Source of the DNA: Octopus sinensis
Taxonomy: Eukaryota
DNA: 64,000 nt
Assembly: GCF_006345805.1 (NCBI RefSeq)
Contig: NC_042998.1
Location: forward strand, 9,920,001-9,984,000
Direction of reading: 5' to 3'
Below the pieces are notes generated by a model. It made no database searches. It was not told the DNA's origin and was given only the letters and a program-made list of their open reading frames with translations. Positions 37,887 to 50,788 of the stretch are shown here, one piece after another. The stretch's first letter is position 1, and every line of letters begins with the position of its first letter. The translations under genes were made by a program, and so were the position numbers.

Positions 37887-40213
37887 CTCCTCAGCGCGCA
37901 CGTTCACGTTGGTTACCCAAATGCAGATCACAAACAACCTTCACCACCACCCAGCCACCCAGCCAACCCACTATTACAAACACAACATGCCCTTTCTCAC
38001 TCTCTCTCTCTCTCGTTCAAGTCACCTTATAAATTTAATTTAGTAAATTAATTGCATTCGAAACGGGTTGGGTATTATTTTTTTTTTCTGTTTCAATTAG
38101 CGAATTGACAAAATGGAATAAACACAATATCTGTTTCAACACACGATTAAACATCAGGAATCTTGCAAAACGAATTAATAAATACAAACAGCGTATGCAA
38201 AGTATATATGAAAGCGTCGATCATTTTTTACTTCTTTCAGTCATAGGACTGCGGTCATGCTGGGGCACCCGCCTTCAAGGGCTTAGCCGAACAAGTCGGA
38301 ACTGTTATGCATTTTTTAAAGTATTGCTTACATTGGCTTAATTACGGTATAAGTACCGTTTGTAACGAAAGATTGCCTCTGGTACTTATTCTACCCACCT
38401 CTTTTTTGCCGAACCGCTAGATTACGGGGGTGTAAACAAACCAACACACCGGGTTGTCAAGCAATAGTGGTGAACAAAAACATGCACATAGACGTATATG
38501 CATTTAGGATAACGATATTTAATCTGTCATTCCATGTGTAAAATAGATCGGATTTAATATGGGAGAAGATTTTTACAGCTGGTCAAACGACGTCTCCTTA
38601 GTTGTAAATTGCCGACGAAATAAAAACTCGTCAATTACTAGATTCGATCTAATCTACTGCTGCCGATAAAATAAAATCGATAGCATCGATCTTAATTTAT
38701 TACTATACTCTCACGTATCCTCCACAAGTATGTCCTGGCCTCGTTACAAATCATTGTTTACATTGCTATAATTCACGTTATGAGTGAAATCCGGCGGTGG
38801 GGTCGACGTTGCCCTCCCCGGGGTCCGTAAAATAACTACAATTCATTATAACATTCTCTCTATCTCCTGTAATTCAAATCGCCCCATGGTCCCGGCGGAC
38901 AAAATGGAAAGCGAGTTACTATAAATCTATTTACCTGTTTAAAACATTTTAACTAATATTTTATGTAAACTTGCAGAGTTGCTTAGGATAATTTTATTTT
39001 TAATATTTGCTGTTCGTATTTATTATTTATATCAAATGCCGTAAGAGTGACATGTGGCACAGAATTACATCTAAGGCCCAGGCTGTCTTTAGAAACACCG
39101 ACAAAGGATATAATAAAGTCAAAATTTATCGTATTTGAAATAATTGAATAATATATTTTAAGTAGCTCATTACATGACTTGCACTCAATGACAACATGAT
39201 TTGGTGCAAAAACCGGTGACTTTTTTCCTTCTAAATAATTCCAAGGTGATCGTTGCTTATAAAATAAACAGTCATATACTGGTACTAGTACCTCATATAC
39301 TTAGGTCAGTTTATCATGTTCCAAGCTAAATGCAAAAGTTTCCAATTCACTCTCTACAAATAGCAGTTAAGGAATTAAGTAGCAATAAATAATCCACTGG
39401 TATCGATCGACTTTGAAACCTCCGTACCAAAACAGACATGTAACAAACAGATCAAAATAAATACGTATTTGCGATATGGACATTTTACTGAATTAGCAAG
39501 AACCAGATTTAATATACTTGGAAAAGCCCTGAATGCCGCAATATCCTATCCCACAATCCATGTAAATAAAAATCCTGAGAAAGGTGCATCTGGAAGAAGT
39601 CCGATAGCTGAGATCGAGTCACGCCGGCGGTTGACAATGCATTTTGCCCTTAATGGCAATTATAAAATCTACACCAGTAAACAAAGCGAGGTTTTGAGTT
39701 TAGGAAATGAAACCCAAAGCCGTCTCATGAACACGGTAAAATAAAGTGGAGGAGAAACCAAACTATGGGCCTTGCATTATGCTGTCTGGTGCTTGGTGCT
39801 TCTAATTTCGAAATCAGAAATACGTTAAATTAACTGTGAGGTTCGTATATGCGGTACAAATGCACACATTTAAATAAAGGACGAAGAGGTGAGGGATAGA
39901 TTGTGTGCCGTTCATACCTTTCCCGGAAGCATTAGTTACAATAGTTTGTCAATGAAAATACAAGGATTACAATAAGCATTCTTACTATCAACTTTTGGCG
40001 AACTTTTATGTAAAGAAAAAAATATTCCACTCGACAATAGAAAAACCAAATGGATTTAAATTCAAACTCTTAGCTAACCTGATCTGTACTTCATGGTATA
40101 ATCTGGAGGTAAAACGGAGGTCGATGACGGTCGTAGAATCACAGTTATTTGTTGTCAAGTTGAAAAAAAAGTGTCCCCTGTGTGTTTACCTCGTGCTTTA
40201 AGGAATTAAATGA

Positions 40214-40410
40214 ACCTCTCTCTCTCTCTTTCTATGCTGATACCCCCTCTCTCTCTCTCACTCTCTTTCTATGCCGATACTCTCTCTCTCTGTCTTTCTA
40301 TGTCGATACCCCTCCGTCTCTCTCTCTCTCTCTTTCTATGCCGATACCCTCTCTCTCTCTTTCTATGTCGATGCCCCTCCCTCTCTGTCTCTGTCTCTCT
40401 CACTCTTTCC
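40214..40410. repeat. (CT)n-based minisatellite, ~30-bp unit
   Basis: Repeated CTCTCTCTTTCTATG(C/T)CGATACCC. Confidence 0.85.
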
Positions 40411-40664
40411 TGCTGTCAGCCAGTACTGTGGGTTTCTCTAGCCGTCGTTTAATTCTTCCTCCCACTCCTCAAGCAAAACCTTTTACAAATCGTTGCGGGC
40501 TGCAAAGGGACCAGGGTTGGGCATAAGAGTGTGTGTGTGTGTGTGTGTGTGTATGCGTGTGTGTGTGTGCGCGTGAATGCATGTATGTTTGTGTGTGTGT
40601 GTGTGCGGAGGATGATGAGAGCGAAGCAAGATGTGAAGATGTTGGTTACGTTTAAAAACACAAC

Positions 40665-40911
40665 TGCTGCTGCCACCACCACGATTACTACTACTACTAC
40701 TACCACCATTACTACTACTACTACTACTACTACTACAACTACTACAACTACTACTACTATTACTACTACTACTACTACTACTACTATTATTACGACTACT
40801 ACGACGACCACCACCACCATCACTACTACTACTATTACTACTACTACTACTACTACTACTATTACTACTACTACTACTACTACTACTACAACGACCACCA
40901 CCACCACCATC

Positions 40912-40943
<32 letters not shown>

Positions 40944-41175
40944 TACGACCACCACCACAACCACCATCACTACAACTACGACGACGACGACAACCACCAC
41001 CACCACCACCCCTACTACTACTACTGCTGTGGATACTTCCACAACTATTACAGCTATTACCACCTTCACCATTCCTCTTACTATTACAACTGCTAATACT
41101 TTCACAACTATTACAACACTACTACCACCACCACCACCACCACAACTTCTACTATCACCGCCACCCACCACCAGA
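40665..41175. repeat. (ACT)n/(ACC)n trinucleotide satellite
   Basis: Directly visible; gives the poly-Thr and poly-Val ORFs. Confidence 0.92.
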
Positions 41176-41990
41176 TCCACTCTTCATCTGCAAATGGTCT
41201 TTTGTCTACATTTTACAAAAAAAATTTCGATTGACTGAGCTTATTTGGAATTAACCCTGCGCCCATTGTTTTAACCTTTTTATACAGCCTTAAGGGAGAT
41301 TTTGTTTACTAGTAGCATGGATAATCGCAGTTACTCGAAAGTTTTTCAACTTCGTATTACATGCGTGAGGCCTTAATGTGTATTAAGCTACCACAAGCCA
41401 AAGAGGAGAGAGAGTTGGTCGCACGATTTGCAGCCATAGAAATAGAAATAGCAACCAAATCGTCCTCAAATCACACCATACTTCCTTTAAAATGAACACG
41501 TGATAAAGTGGGCCTATTTAGGATCTTGTTAAATTTCGTCAAAACCGCTTCAAAGTATTTCAAATTTTCACCAGATTATTTTCAAATAATATAGTTTTGC
41601 ATGCAGATGACGAAAGTTTTTTCTCAGTTCGGCAAAAGAGACTGATAGAATAACGTACCAGGCTTTTTTTTAACTAAAAGGAAGAAAAAAAAAAAAGAAC
41701 TGGGGTCGTTTTGTTCGAATAAAACCCTTCAAGGGGTACCCCAGCATGGCCGCAGTCTAGTAATTGAAACAAGTAAAACATGGAAGATAAATTAATATTC
41801 CTTTCTATAATAGGCAGAAGACCTGAAATTGGGGGACTCAACTGGTTCTTATTCCATAGACCCCTGAAAAGGATGAAAGGTAAAGTCGGCTGCATTTGAA
41901 CTCAGAACACAAAGATTAAGGAAATGCTGCGAAGCATATTGTCCGGCGTGCCTAACGATTCTGCCAACTCACCGCCGCCTTCCCTAGAAA

Positions 41991-42389
41991 TCTTTATATA
42001 TAAAAGTCAAGTTGTGTGTCTGTCTCCTACGATTTAGATTCCTAACTACTCCCACATTTTGCGGTGCAGTTTAACCAAAACCGGGTATCTTATAGTCGTG
42101 ATTCATATCGAGCCCTTCTGGGTATTAGCGCGCGTCTACGATGAGTCTACGATTTAAAAAAAAAATTTACCATCATTTTTTTTCCATTTTAATGCATTTT
42201 TCGCTATTAAATAAGGGAAGTAACTCTCTAAAAATGTCTACGATGAGTCAACGATTTAAAAAAAATTTTCCATCATTTTTTTCCATTTTTAATCCTTTTT
42301 TTTTTGCTATTTTTTGGCTATAACTCTCTAAAAATGCTTATATAGTTATTTCCCTTACAAACCCGAGCAACGCCGGGCGATACTGCTAG
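41991..42389 (+). mobile_element. Non-autonomous Helitron, subfamily b (internal duplication)
   Basis: A|TC...CTAG|T; block GTCTACGATGAGTC...TAACTCTCTAAAAAT occurs twice. Confidence 0.9.
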
Positions 42390-43503
42390 TTAATAATAAT
42401 GAAATTACGTCAGCGTAGAAAATTTTGAAAACGAAAATAAAATGAAAATTTGAAGATCCCTTATTTAAGCTACGTTTAAAAAATACAATACAAGTTTGTC
42501 ACGACTGGAAAGTCTGATCATAGGGTTGGCCTGGGGCAAAACAGTAAAATCCCTAATCATCGCCACCAACGATGTAGCATCTACGTATTCGTTAGTGTTG
42601 TTACAAATAGTAGCTAAATCTCCCTCAAATCATACCCTACTACTTTTTTCAAAAAACTCTTTTCCCCAAGGCAACCTCTGATCCAGTACACTCGAAAGAC
42701 GTTCCAGCCGTAACCATCTCGTTTTTGTTTTATTTTATTTTATTTTCTGTTACAGAGCATCGAGGATTACAATACGTTCTTTCCTTTATCATTCTGAAGA
42801 CGGTAGAGTGTGATTTGGTGAAAGGCGTTCCTATGCATCAGACCCCAAGACCACATTACAGTGTCCTTTTCTAAGGCTTTAGAGTATGACTTCAGGAAAA
42901 TTTGGCAGCTATTTCTAGCAGGTCGATCATCCACGCAGAGGCTCCTTCGTTGGCTCGTACAAGTAAAAGTTTTTGCGACTAAGGTAGACACGCAAACGCA
43001 GACGTGCGCATGAAGAGACACACACACATACACACACACAACACAACACAGCCCAACACATACACTCAACATAGCACAACGCACGCAAAAACATAGACAA
43101 ACACCTTAACACAAACGCAACACAACGCAAGCAGACACACACACATACAGCAACACACATGCATAGACACACGCATGCATACACACACATACAGCAACAC
43201 ACAAACACAGACACACACACATACAGCAACACACATTTATACACACACACATTCATGCACAGCCTGTTATGTGTCAGCTCACAGTTGACGAGCATTTGTT
43301 AAGAGATAAGCCGCTTCGTCTTCATTCTAATGGAACTAATCTAACACAAGGGCAGAGCAAGAAGCTGCCTGCTGCCGTTTCAGCCGTTGATGAAATTGTA
43401 CGACTCTTTTTAGATGAGATGTAATGATGGCAGAGGGAAGGAAGGGATCAGAATATGTTGGAAGAGTGAAGGGGACATCGCTTTTTAACTCGTTCGTTAA
43501 GCA

Positions 43504-43835
43504 GTTAAGATAAACACGAATTTATTAAGGATCTCCGTCGTGTTCGACGATGAACATTCAGTCGTTCGATCAAAACTGAATGATCTACCCACGGGCTCTA
43601 AGTATTCCAAAAATAGTTAAGATAAACACGAATTTAGTAGTGGATGGGTCTCCGTCGTGTTCGACAACGAGTATTCAGTTGTTCGATCAAAGTGAATGAT
43701 CTACCCACGGGCAAGGTATTTCAAAAATAGTTAAGATAAACACGAATTTAGTAAGGGGTCTCCGTCGTATTCGACAACGAGTATTCAGTCATTCGATCAA
43801 ACTGAATTATCTACCCATTGGCTAAATATTCCAAA
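43504..43835. repeat. ~113-bp tandem repeat x3
   Basis: GTTAAGATAAACACGAATTTA at 43504, 43616, 43730. Confidence 0.9.
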
Positions 43836-44296
43836 GGCACATGACAATGCAATTTTCAAGCAGAATCGCGTGCCACAAGGCTGCACCTTTGAATTGCAGA
43901 TACAATCCATTAGATAGGCTTCTAAACAGTTTCCCCTCAATTCACACTGACAAGGCTTAGGTCGACATGACATGATAAAAAATCACCCAAGACGATATGC
44001 CGAGGGACTGAACCCGGGACCTCGTGAATATGAAGCAAATTTCTTTATAATTTGATCATGCTGTTTGTACATGGCTGTGTTGAGAAGTTCACTATTTAAC
44101 CACGTGGTTCTGGGTTCAGTTCCATCTTCACGGTACTTTGGGCAACTGGACCAATGAATTTAATAGACAGAAATTGTGTGTGTAGTTGTAGTAATGAAAT
44201 CAAACCAAATAGTGATTTTTGAAATAATTCAATACGTACGTTTGAGGTTTGCGAAATATGCAATAAAATGCTTTAACTGAGGAAAGTTTACGTAAT

Positions 44297-44650
44297 GTAT
44301 GCATTTCCTTGGTATCTCGTTGAGAGAGCACATAAGTAGCAAGATCATCAGAAAGAAGTCCGGCGTGAGAGATGTCATCGCAGAGTATACACGCAGCAAG
44401 TTTAGATGGGCTGGACACGTCGCCTGGCTCACCGACAATCGGTGGACGCACGCAGTTGTCGAGTGGTACCCGCGTGAGCGGAAACGACCACTCAGAAGAC
44501 CTCCACGACGGTGGAATTACGACTTCAGGAGGACGATTGGGGTCACGTGGATGAGAAAGCCGCGATCCAGAGAGGAGTGGACAGCGTGCTGTGACCAGCG
44601 GTGTCAAATGGACGCCTGACGGACTGGTCGGTCAAAGTGATCAAAGTGAT
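44297..44650 (+). mobile_element. 5'-truncated RTE-clade LINE
   Basis: LGISLREHISSKIIRKKSGVRDVI...KFRWAGHVAWLTDNRWT..VVEWYPRERKRPLRRPPRRW is a classic RTE-1 C-terminus; short tandem tail TCAAAGTGATCAAAGTGAT. Confidence 0.88.
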
Positions 44651-45124
44651 ATTACACAAACCCGAAACGTACATATTTCAAAATATCACTATTTGGTTTT
44701 ACCCCATTATTACATACGATTCGATGCTAGTAAAAACTAGACAGTCTTGATTCCACCTATGCGGATACATTTTGATTTTAAAAAGCAAAAATTAGAATTT
44801 TTAAGAATTTTCTAGATTGTATAGACTTTAATTGCTTTCTTTTAGTAAAAGTTATATGCTCCAAACAAATTAATAGGTAGCTTTATTTATCGTATAGCTA
44901 GATGTATCCACTTAACTGTAGGTAGGTACCAGGTGTGCTAATAATCTAACTAATGCATGTTGCAGAAGGAAATTAGCGAATGATTCGTTGGTTTGCAGTA
45001 CTGGGTTCAGTTTCAAATGAACAGTTATCACGTTTTCTATCTGTGAGAGATAAGCGTCTGTTTATCTTACACCCAGAAACAAACCTGCATTTTGTTTTAT
45101 CTACGGTAGGTAGATCCCTGTGAT

Positions 45125-45514
45125 CAGCGCTGGATTAACCATTGAGCAAAATAAGCACGTGCTTAGGGCATCAAGTGAAGAGAGGCACAACAGAAATGGT
45201 AAATGGTTTACGGTACAAAAGAAATCACTTTGGTTCATATGATGGGAAATATAATTTCGAAGTGTTCACGATGTTATAGTGAGCATCTGGTCAAGGGCGT
45301 TGCAATTAAAAAAGTTGGAGAAAACTTTTCAAATATAAATAAAGTGAAAGTATACAAAAATGAATATTATTTCCATCTTACTGTTGGTTTGTTTCATTTT
45401 GAAACATAAAAATTCATTTTATTGTTTATTATTGTTTATATTTCGAATCATATATTAAGGCGCCAAAATAGTTTCCGTGCTTAGGGCCTCTATATATATA
45501 TTAGTTCGGCCCAG
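45125..45514. mobile_element. hAT-like MITE with 8-bp TSD
   Basis: TSD CCTGTGAT at 45117-45124 and 45515-45522; imperfect TIRs CAGCGCTGGATTAA / CTGGGCCGAACTAA. Confidence 0.8.
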
Positions 45515-48171
45515 CCTGTGATTAAGAAAATGTTAAATCACATAAGATTATCTTTAAAACTGGTTGGTGAGTAACGGAACTTTGGGTGTATGTGTGGGAA
45601 AGATATTATTCGAGTTAGGCAGGAACGATTTTTGATTTAGGTACAAGGCCAGCAATCGACTGCTGTACTTAACTGGTACAAAGCAAGGTAATCTTTGCCT
45701 TGGCGGGATTTAAACGCAGAAAGTTAAGAGCCAGAACAAATATTGCAAGGCATTTTCCCCGGCACTGTAACGATTGTGCCAGATTTTCGTCTTTTATGGT
45801 TTCTGATTTAGGCACAAGGCCAGCAATTTTGAAATGAGGTGATCAGTCAATACCATTTATTCCAATATTTGCGTAATATTTCATTTCATCGGCACTGAAA
45901 AGATGAAAGGCTTTACACGCTTTAACCAGATTGTCGCTTTCGAGTTGGACAAGAAGGAGTAAAATCTAGCCGACATGAAACCGTTGGCCACACCAGAGCA
46001 GGTTTTAAGTTTCCTGTTGTTTCTGTCTTATATTCATGGCTTAGAATTATTTCTAAAAGTGTTAACTGTTTCCTAACAACATCTGCGTTTCCAAAACACC
46101 TGTCTGCCAATGATTGCAAAACCGTTGAAACCTGTTTTAACTGTTTGGATAATAGCGGGATTGAAATCAGAACTAACAGGCAATGATGCAGCTACAGTGT
46201 ATACCATCCGGGGCAACCTTTGAATTTGCCCCTCCACCCGGGCCAATACAGTGTGTACAGGCTTATACAGCAGATCCGAAATTGCCGTCCCCATAAAAGC
46301 ATCACCCGGGGCATATTGACCCTCACCTTCACTCTAGCTAAGCTACTGTTAACAGAAATCACAGCCATCTCAGACAAGTGTTATACCAATCTACATCTGT
46401 GGTTAAATTTTGGAACGTGTAGCCCTTAAGCATAACCCATTATTCTAAACTTAGAGGCATCACATCATCAAGTCTAGTTATACAGCAAGCCAAATGAGAG
46501 AGTTCTTGTAAAAGGAATATACAGGAGTTGTTCCAAATCTCTGTTTCATAACTTATAACATGCATTCATCTGGCCAGATATATATCAGAAGAATGAGATG
46601 CAATCGGCAACAGTGGCTCAGAAGTGCAGTGATTTGTGTAAAAGTTTAACTGTAGTTTGGTTGGCGGCAAAAAAAAAAAAAAAAAAATGCCATCTGAATA
46701 TCTGGAAACATTTTTTCTATATTTAAGACAGCACAAGCACGAGATGAAAAGAACTATCTTCTACACAGTCGCTTGATCTGCAAGGATTCTAGTTGGCATG
46801 GGCAACCCTTTTGGCGAAGCGGGCCGCATGGGACCTAGCTCGGATCTTTACCCTTTAAACGGCAGATCGAGAAATTAATTTTAAACAGCAGTAATTTTAT
46901 TCAGCTGAACACACGTCATTGATTGATTGAAATTACCGAAATACGACAACTTTAACACGAAATAACTTTGAAAATACAAACTTTTCTCAACAACACTAAG
47001 AGTAAAAGATGTTTTATATGACACATTCTACCGGTGTCCGAAGTTTGAAAGTGTTTTGTTTCAAAAAATTAATTTCTCGGTCTGCCGTTCAAAGGGAAAA
47101 GATCCCCTAACTCATCATCAAGCAGACCGTACTGCTAAAAGAAATTAAAGGTAATTTATCGATAGACGCGCCATTCGGAATGTCCTGTGCTTGAGAATTA
47201 CAGCTACACATACCCTACCATTAAAAAAAAAAAAACAAGAGCAAAAACAATAAACAGAAGCACGTTGATATACTAATAGACAGAACAGTTGTGGCTGGGC
47301 CGACTTTGATCAGAGTAGACGAAGTTAAGCAGCAATTACAACCACGACCACCACCACTACTACTGCCACCGACGCCACCACCACCACCACCACCACCACC
47401 ACCACCTATACCACAACAACAACAACGACGACGCTACATAAACATGGTCATGTAAGAGTTTGCCTCTCGGGCATAATTGCTCCAAGAATCAGACGTATTT
47501 AAATTCCTTCATGCTGGTAACTACCACCTTTTGAAATTCCCTCTCTCCAGCGAGGCAGATACAATAAAATTTTCTCTCTCTCATTTAGGTTAGCTCACTC
47601 TCTATCTATCCTCCTGCTTCTTACATGTTTAGTAGGCTTTCTGTAAATCTCTCTACTCAACATGCTTTGTTTTTCTCTTCACCTTTCTATTCAACAAATT
47701 CCTTCCATGAGCCATTGAGGTTGACTCTGCGTATTCGGTCAACATGCTAAAAATAACAGTCAAACCTACCTCAACTTACATCCAACCGTTTTAAATAAGA
47801 ACACAAGTCAAACATAATGAAGTACGTTATGCCTCGAAATAATGACTGGAAGGTCACAGCTGGAACGCATTTGATCATAGATTTGTATAATTAACGCAGA
47901 TACGGGACTAAGCAACAACTTTTTAAAAATTTAATTTAATTTTGTATTTTGGAATTTCGGAATATCGACATTACACGGATTTTGTGGATAAATGAATGCA
48001 CCTATACCAAGCTTAAATATAAACACGCAATTATCTATCTGTCTGTCTCTCTATCTATGTATCTATATAACATGCACAGAGAGAGGGGGTAGGGAGAGAA
48101 AGAAAAGAAGTGACGAGAAATATAATTATCTGATGTCTAGCAATACATCCCGGCGTTGCCCGGTAGTTATA

Positions 48172-48283
48172 TATTTCTTTATTGCCCACAAGGGGCTAAA
48201 CATAGAGGGGACGAACAAGGACAGACAGAGGGATTAAGTCGATTATATCGACCCCAGTGTATAACTGGTACTTTATTTATCGA
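48172..48283 (-). mobile_element. 5'-truncated SINE family B
   Basis: Tail half only, between duplicated Helitron termini. Confidence 0.85.
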
Positions 48284-48300
48284 TTTTATTTATCCAATGT

Positions 48301-49920
48301 CTAGCAATACATCCCGGCGTTGCCCGGTAGTTATAACCCACAGTCACATTGTTTCTTTCTTATGGGTAGAATCGGCACACGAGCAGCGTGAAGCAAGCAA
48401 CTCTTTTTTATAAACGGTCATTTTGTGATAAACAATGCTGAAATTGTTGTCACCAAAAACATATAGAATAGCAGCTTAGATTATAATTAAATCCTAAAAT
48501 TGTCCCCCAAAATGACCCAGACTTACGGGTGTAAAGGAATGGATGACGAATGAGAACGTAGAGATATCCGTATTGCAGAAAGTAAGGTGCATGGAAAGAA
48601 AGATGCTTCATTGTGAAAAGCACCATCTCTGTTATGTTTGTGCAGACTGCACACTTCAACATTTGTTAAGTGAAGCCGACAATGCTTCTGGGTAAACTAT
48701 GTTTTACGTAAGTCCAGTGTTGGTAGAATAAATACACAAGTCATCTGCACTGCTAACTCGAGAACATACGACATATAGTTGTCCATGCGAAAAGCAGGAT
48801 CGTTGTAAATTGAGACCCACGATTTTTAAATTTTGGCCCTGGGCTTTGTTGATTGTCATAGCGAAGCACAATCGCACTCGGAACTGGAGGCGTTTGAATT
48901 GAAATGGCACATTTGAGGGAATAAGGGGCATGCGTGAAATATATGCGATCTTTCCTCGATTGCAGCCGGCAATAATGGTTGCTTCTAGGACATGACTTGT
49001 CATTGTAGTCATAATCAATCTTGTACCATTGCATAGTCGTGGTAGGTCCAAATTCCTCAAGACGTCCTTCTCCTTGCAAGGTAGACACTACTATTTTATT
49101 GTAAACAGGCCTTTTGCTCAGCTTGCAATAATGGTTCACTTTCATCAAGTTGCTTTTTCAGGGCATCCAAGTTGTATGCTCTTTCTCGAATGATTTCTCT
49201 TGAAAGGCCATGATGTTCAGCTGAAGGTGTTGGAATGCCATAGACGGATAAGCTTTTGTCCCCAATGGAATTAAGCATGTCTTCTAAATGCCGTAATACT
49301 CCGAGTAGGAGACACTTGGTCCATGCAGGCGTCGAGCTTCATGAAGAATGTCATCAGATAGGCTGTCTTTGTGGTTTTCCCAAAGTTGTAGTGGATTCAG
49401 TAAAGCGCAATGGTACAACATGATGGCAAAGAATCTTCTGAGTTGGTAAGTTGTGCATGCGGTTGCTGCGTCAGAAAGAGATAATCTCTAGTGACAGCCA
49501 TCTTCGAGAAGACCTCGTAGTTGGCAGGATTGTCGAAATGATTCGCAAACCAAGGAGTATACTATTTTAAGATCTTTGAATGACATTGCTCCAGGAACTT
49601 TGTGGAGGAGCATCCGGAGACAGTAGCATTCGAAGTTTTGGGGGTGGACCGTATAAACTCGACCTAGAGCATTACTTTTTTTTTTAATGTGTGGGTGCCC
49701 TTCGACGGTTACACCAAGCTTTCTCCTCCTCCACTTCTTAACATGGTTATTCCAGGCGTAATACTTCGGGGTAGAAAATGGTTGCGGCGAATGCATCACA
49801 TCTACACAGGTCAAAGAATGCTGTGGCAGTCATCGCTTGTGGCTCATATATTTGTCCTCTATTTCGGGATTCGATGGATCAAAATAACCTCTTTGGCCCT
49901 TTTCTAAATGAACAGAGACG
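48301..49920 (-). mobile_element. Internally deleted Rep/Helicase Helitron (pseudogenised)
   Basis: RNLDLPRLCNGTRL...FKRLQFRVRLCFAMTINKAQGQ...FSHGQLYVVCSRV (PIF1 C-terminal motifs); PKYYAWN...ALGRVYTVHPQNFECYCLRMLLHKVPG..SFKDLK (Rep-helicase linker); 3' CCGGGCAACGCCGGG...CTAG. 5' end not defined. Confidence 0.9.
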
Positions 49921-50587
49921 TGGACAACTGTAGGATATCTGTCATGGATGGGGAAACGAAGGAGTCTCCAAGCGAAAAGCGGGGGTTTCGTGTAGAAAAA
50001 AATTTTTTAAGGGTGGTTGAAAAAGCAGAGAGAGAGAGAGAGGAGAAAGTACGCATGTGGGCCAGAGGCTGGAGTACGTCATGAGGGACTTTATTCCAAT
50101 TAGTCGAGCTGGGGCGGAGATCCCTTTTGAACCTTTGATCACTACATTATTTTCATTTTGAAGAATAGCAACGAAATTCCCTTTTTTAAAATCTTTTAGC
50201 GAAGCGGAAGGTGGTACAGATGATCATTTGCAGGACCTCCAAGGTTTGTGGGAGGGAATAAGGAAGGTATCCTTAAATCGAAACTCGGTCCCGAACGCTT
50301 GCAGCAGGACGGATTTCGCTAAAGTCACTCGAGATATTAGAAGTTAATCTACCACTCGAATAGGTCATGGCAGGATTTGAACTCAGAACACAAAGATCTA
50401 GAACAAGTAAAGCAAGGTATCTTGTCTGATGCTTTAACTGTTCGACCAGTCTACCACCGTACGAAACTGGTATTTTATTTATCAACACTGGAGAGATGAA
50501 TGGCAAAGTTGACCTTGTCTGGATTTGAACTCAGAACGCAAGGTGTCGGAACAACTAGCATTATGCATTTCGTCCGATGCTCTAACG

Positions 50588-50788
50588 CAGTGGTTTTCAA
50601 CCAGGGTTCCGCCAGTACAGTCCAGGGGTTCCGCAAGAAGTTACAAAACTGCTAAAATCGGCAGTAATTTTTAATTCTCCTGTGCAGATATGTGTGCATA
50701 AGACTATTAAATTATTGCACAGGGGTTCCTCGAGCCAGTGGAATGTTTCCTTGGGGTTCCATTCCAGCAAAAAGTTTGAAAAGCACTG
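50588..50788 (+). mobile_element. hAT MITE (201 bp) inserted in a decayed SINE
   Basis: TIRs CAGTGGTTTTCAA / CAGTGCTTTTCAA; perfect 8-bp TSD CTCTAACG. Confidence 0.93.

Noticed and set aside
39469-39744. 91-aa ORF
   Set aside because: TTG start and no recognisable domain; may be UTR or regulatory DNA.
40449-41238. Poly-Thr mucin-like and poly-Val ORFs
   Set aside because: Trinucleotide satellite preceded by (GT)n; no signal peptide or convincing splice context.
42945-42980. Decayed likeness to the 31.6-kb hammerhead family
   Set aside because: Both core segments are missing; similarity is too short to support.
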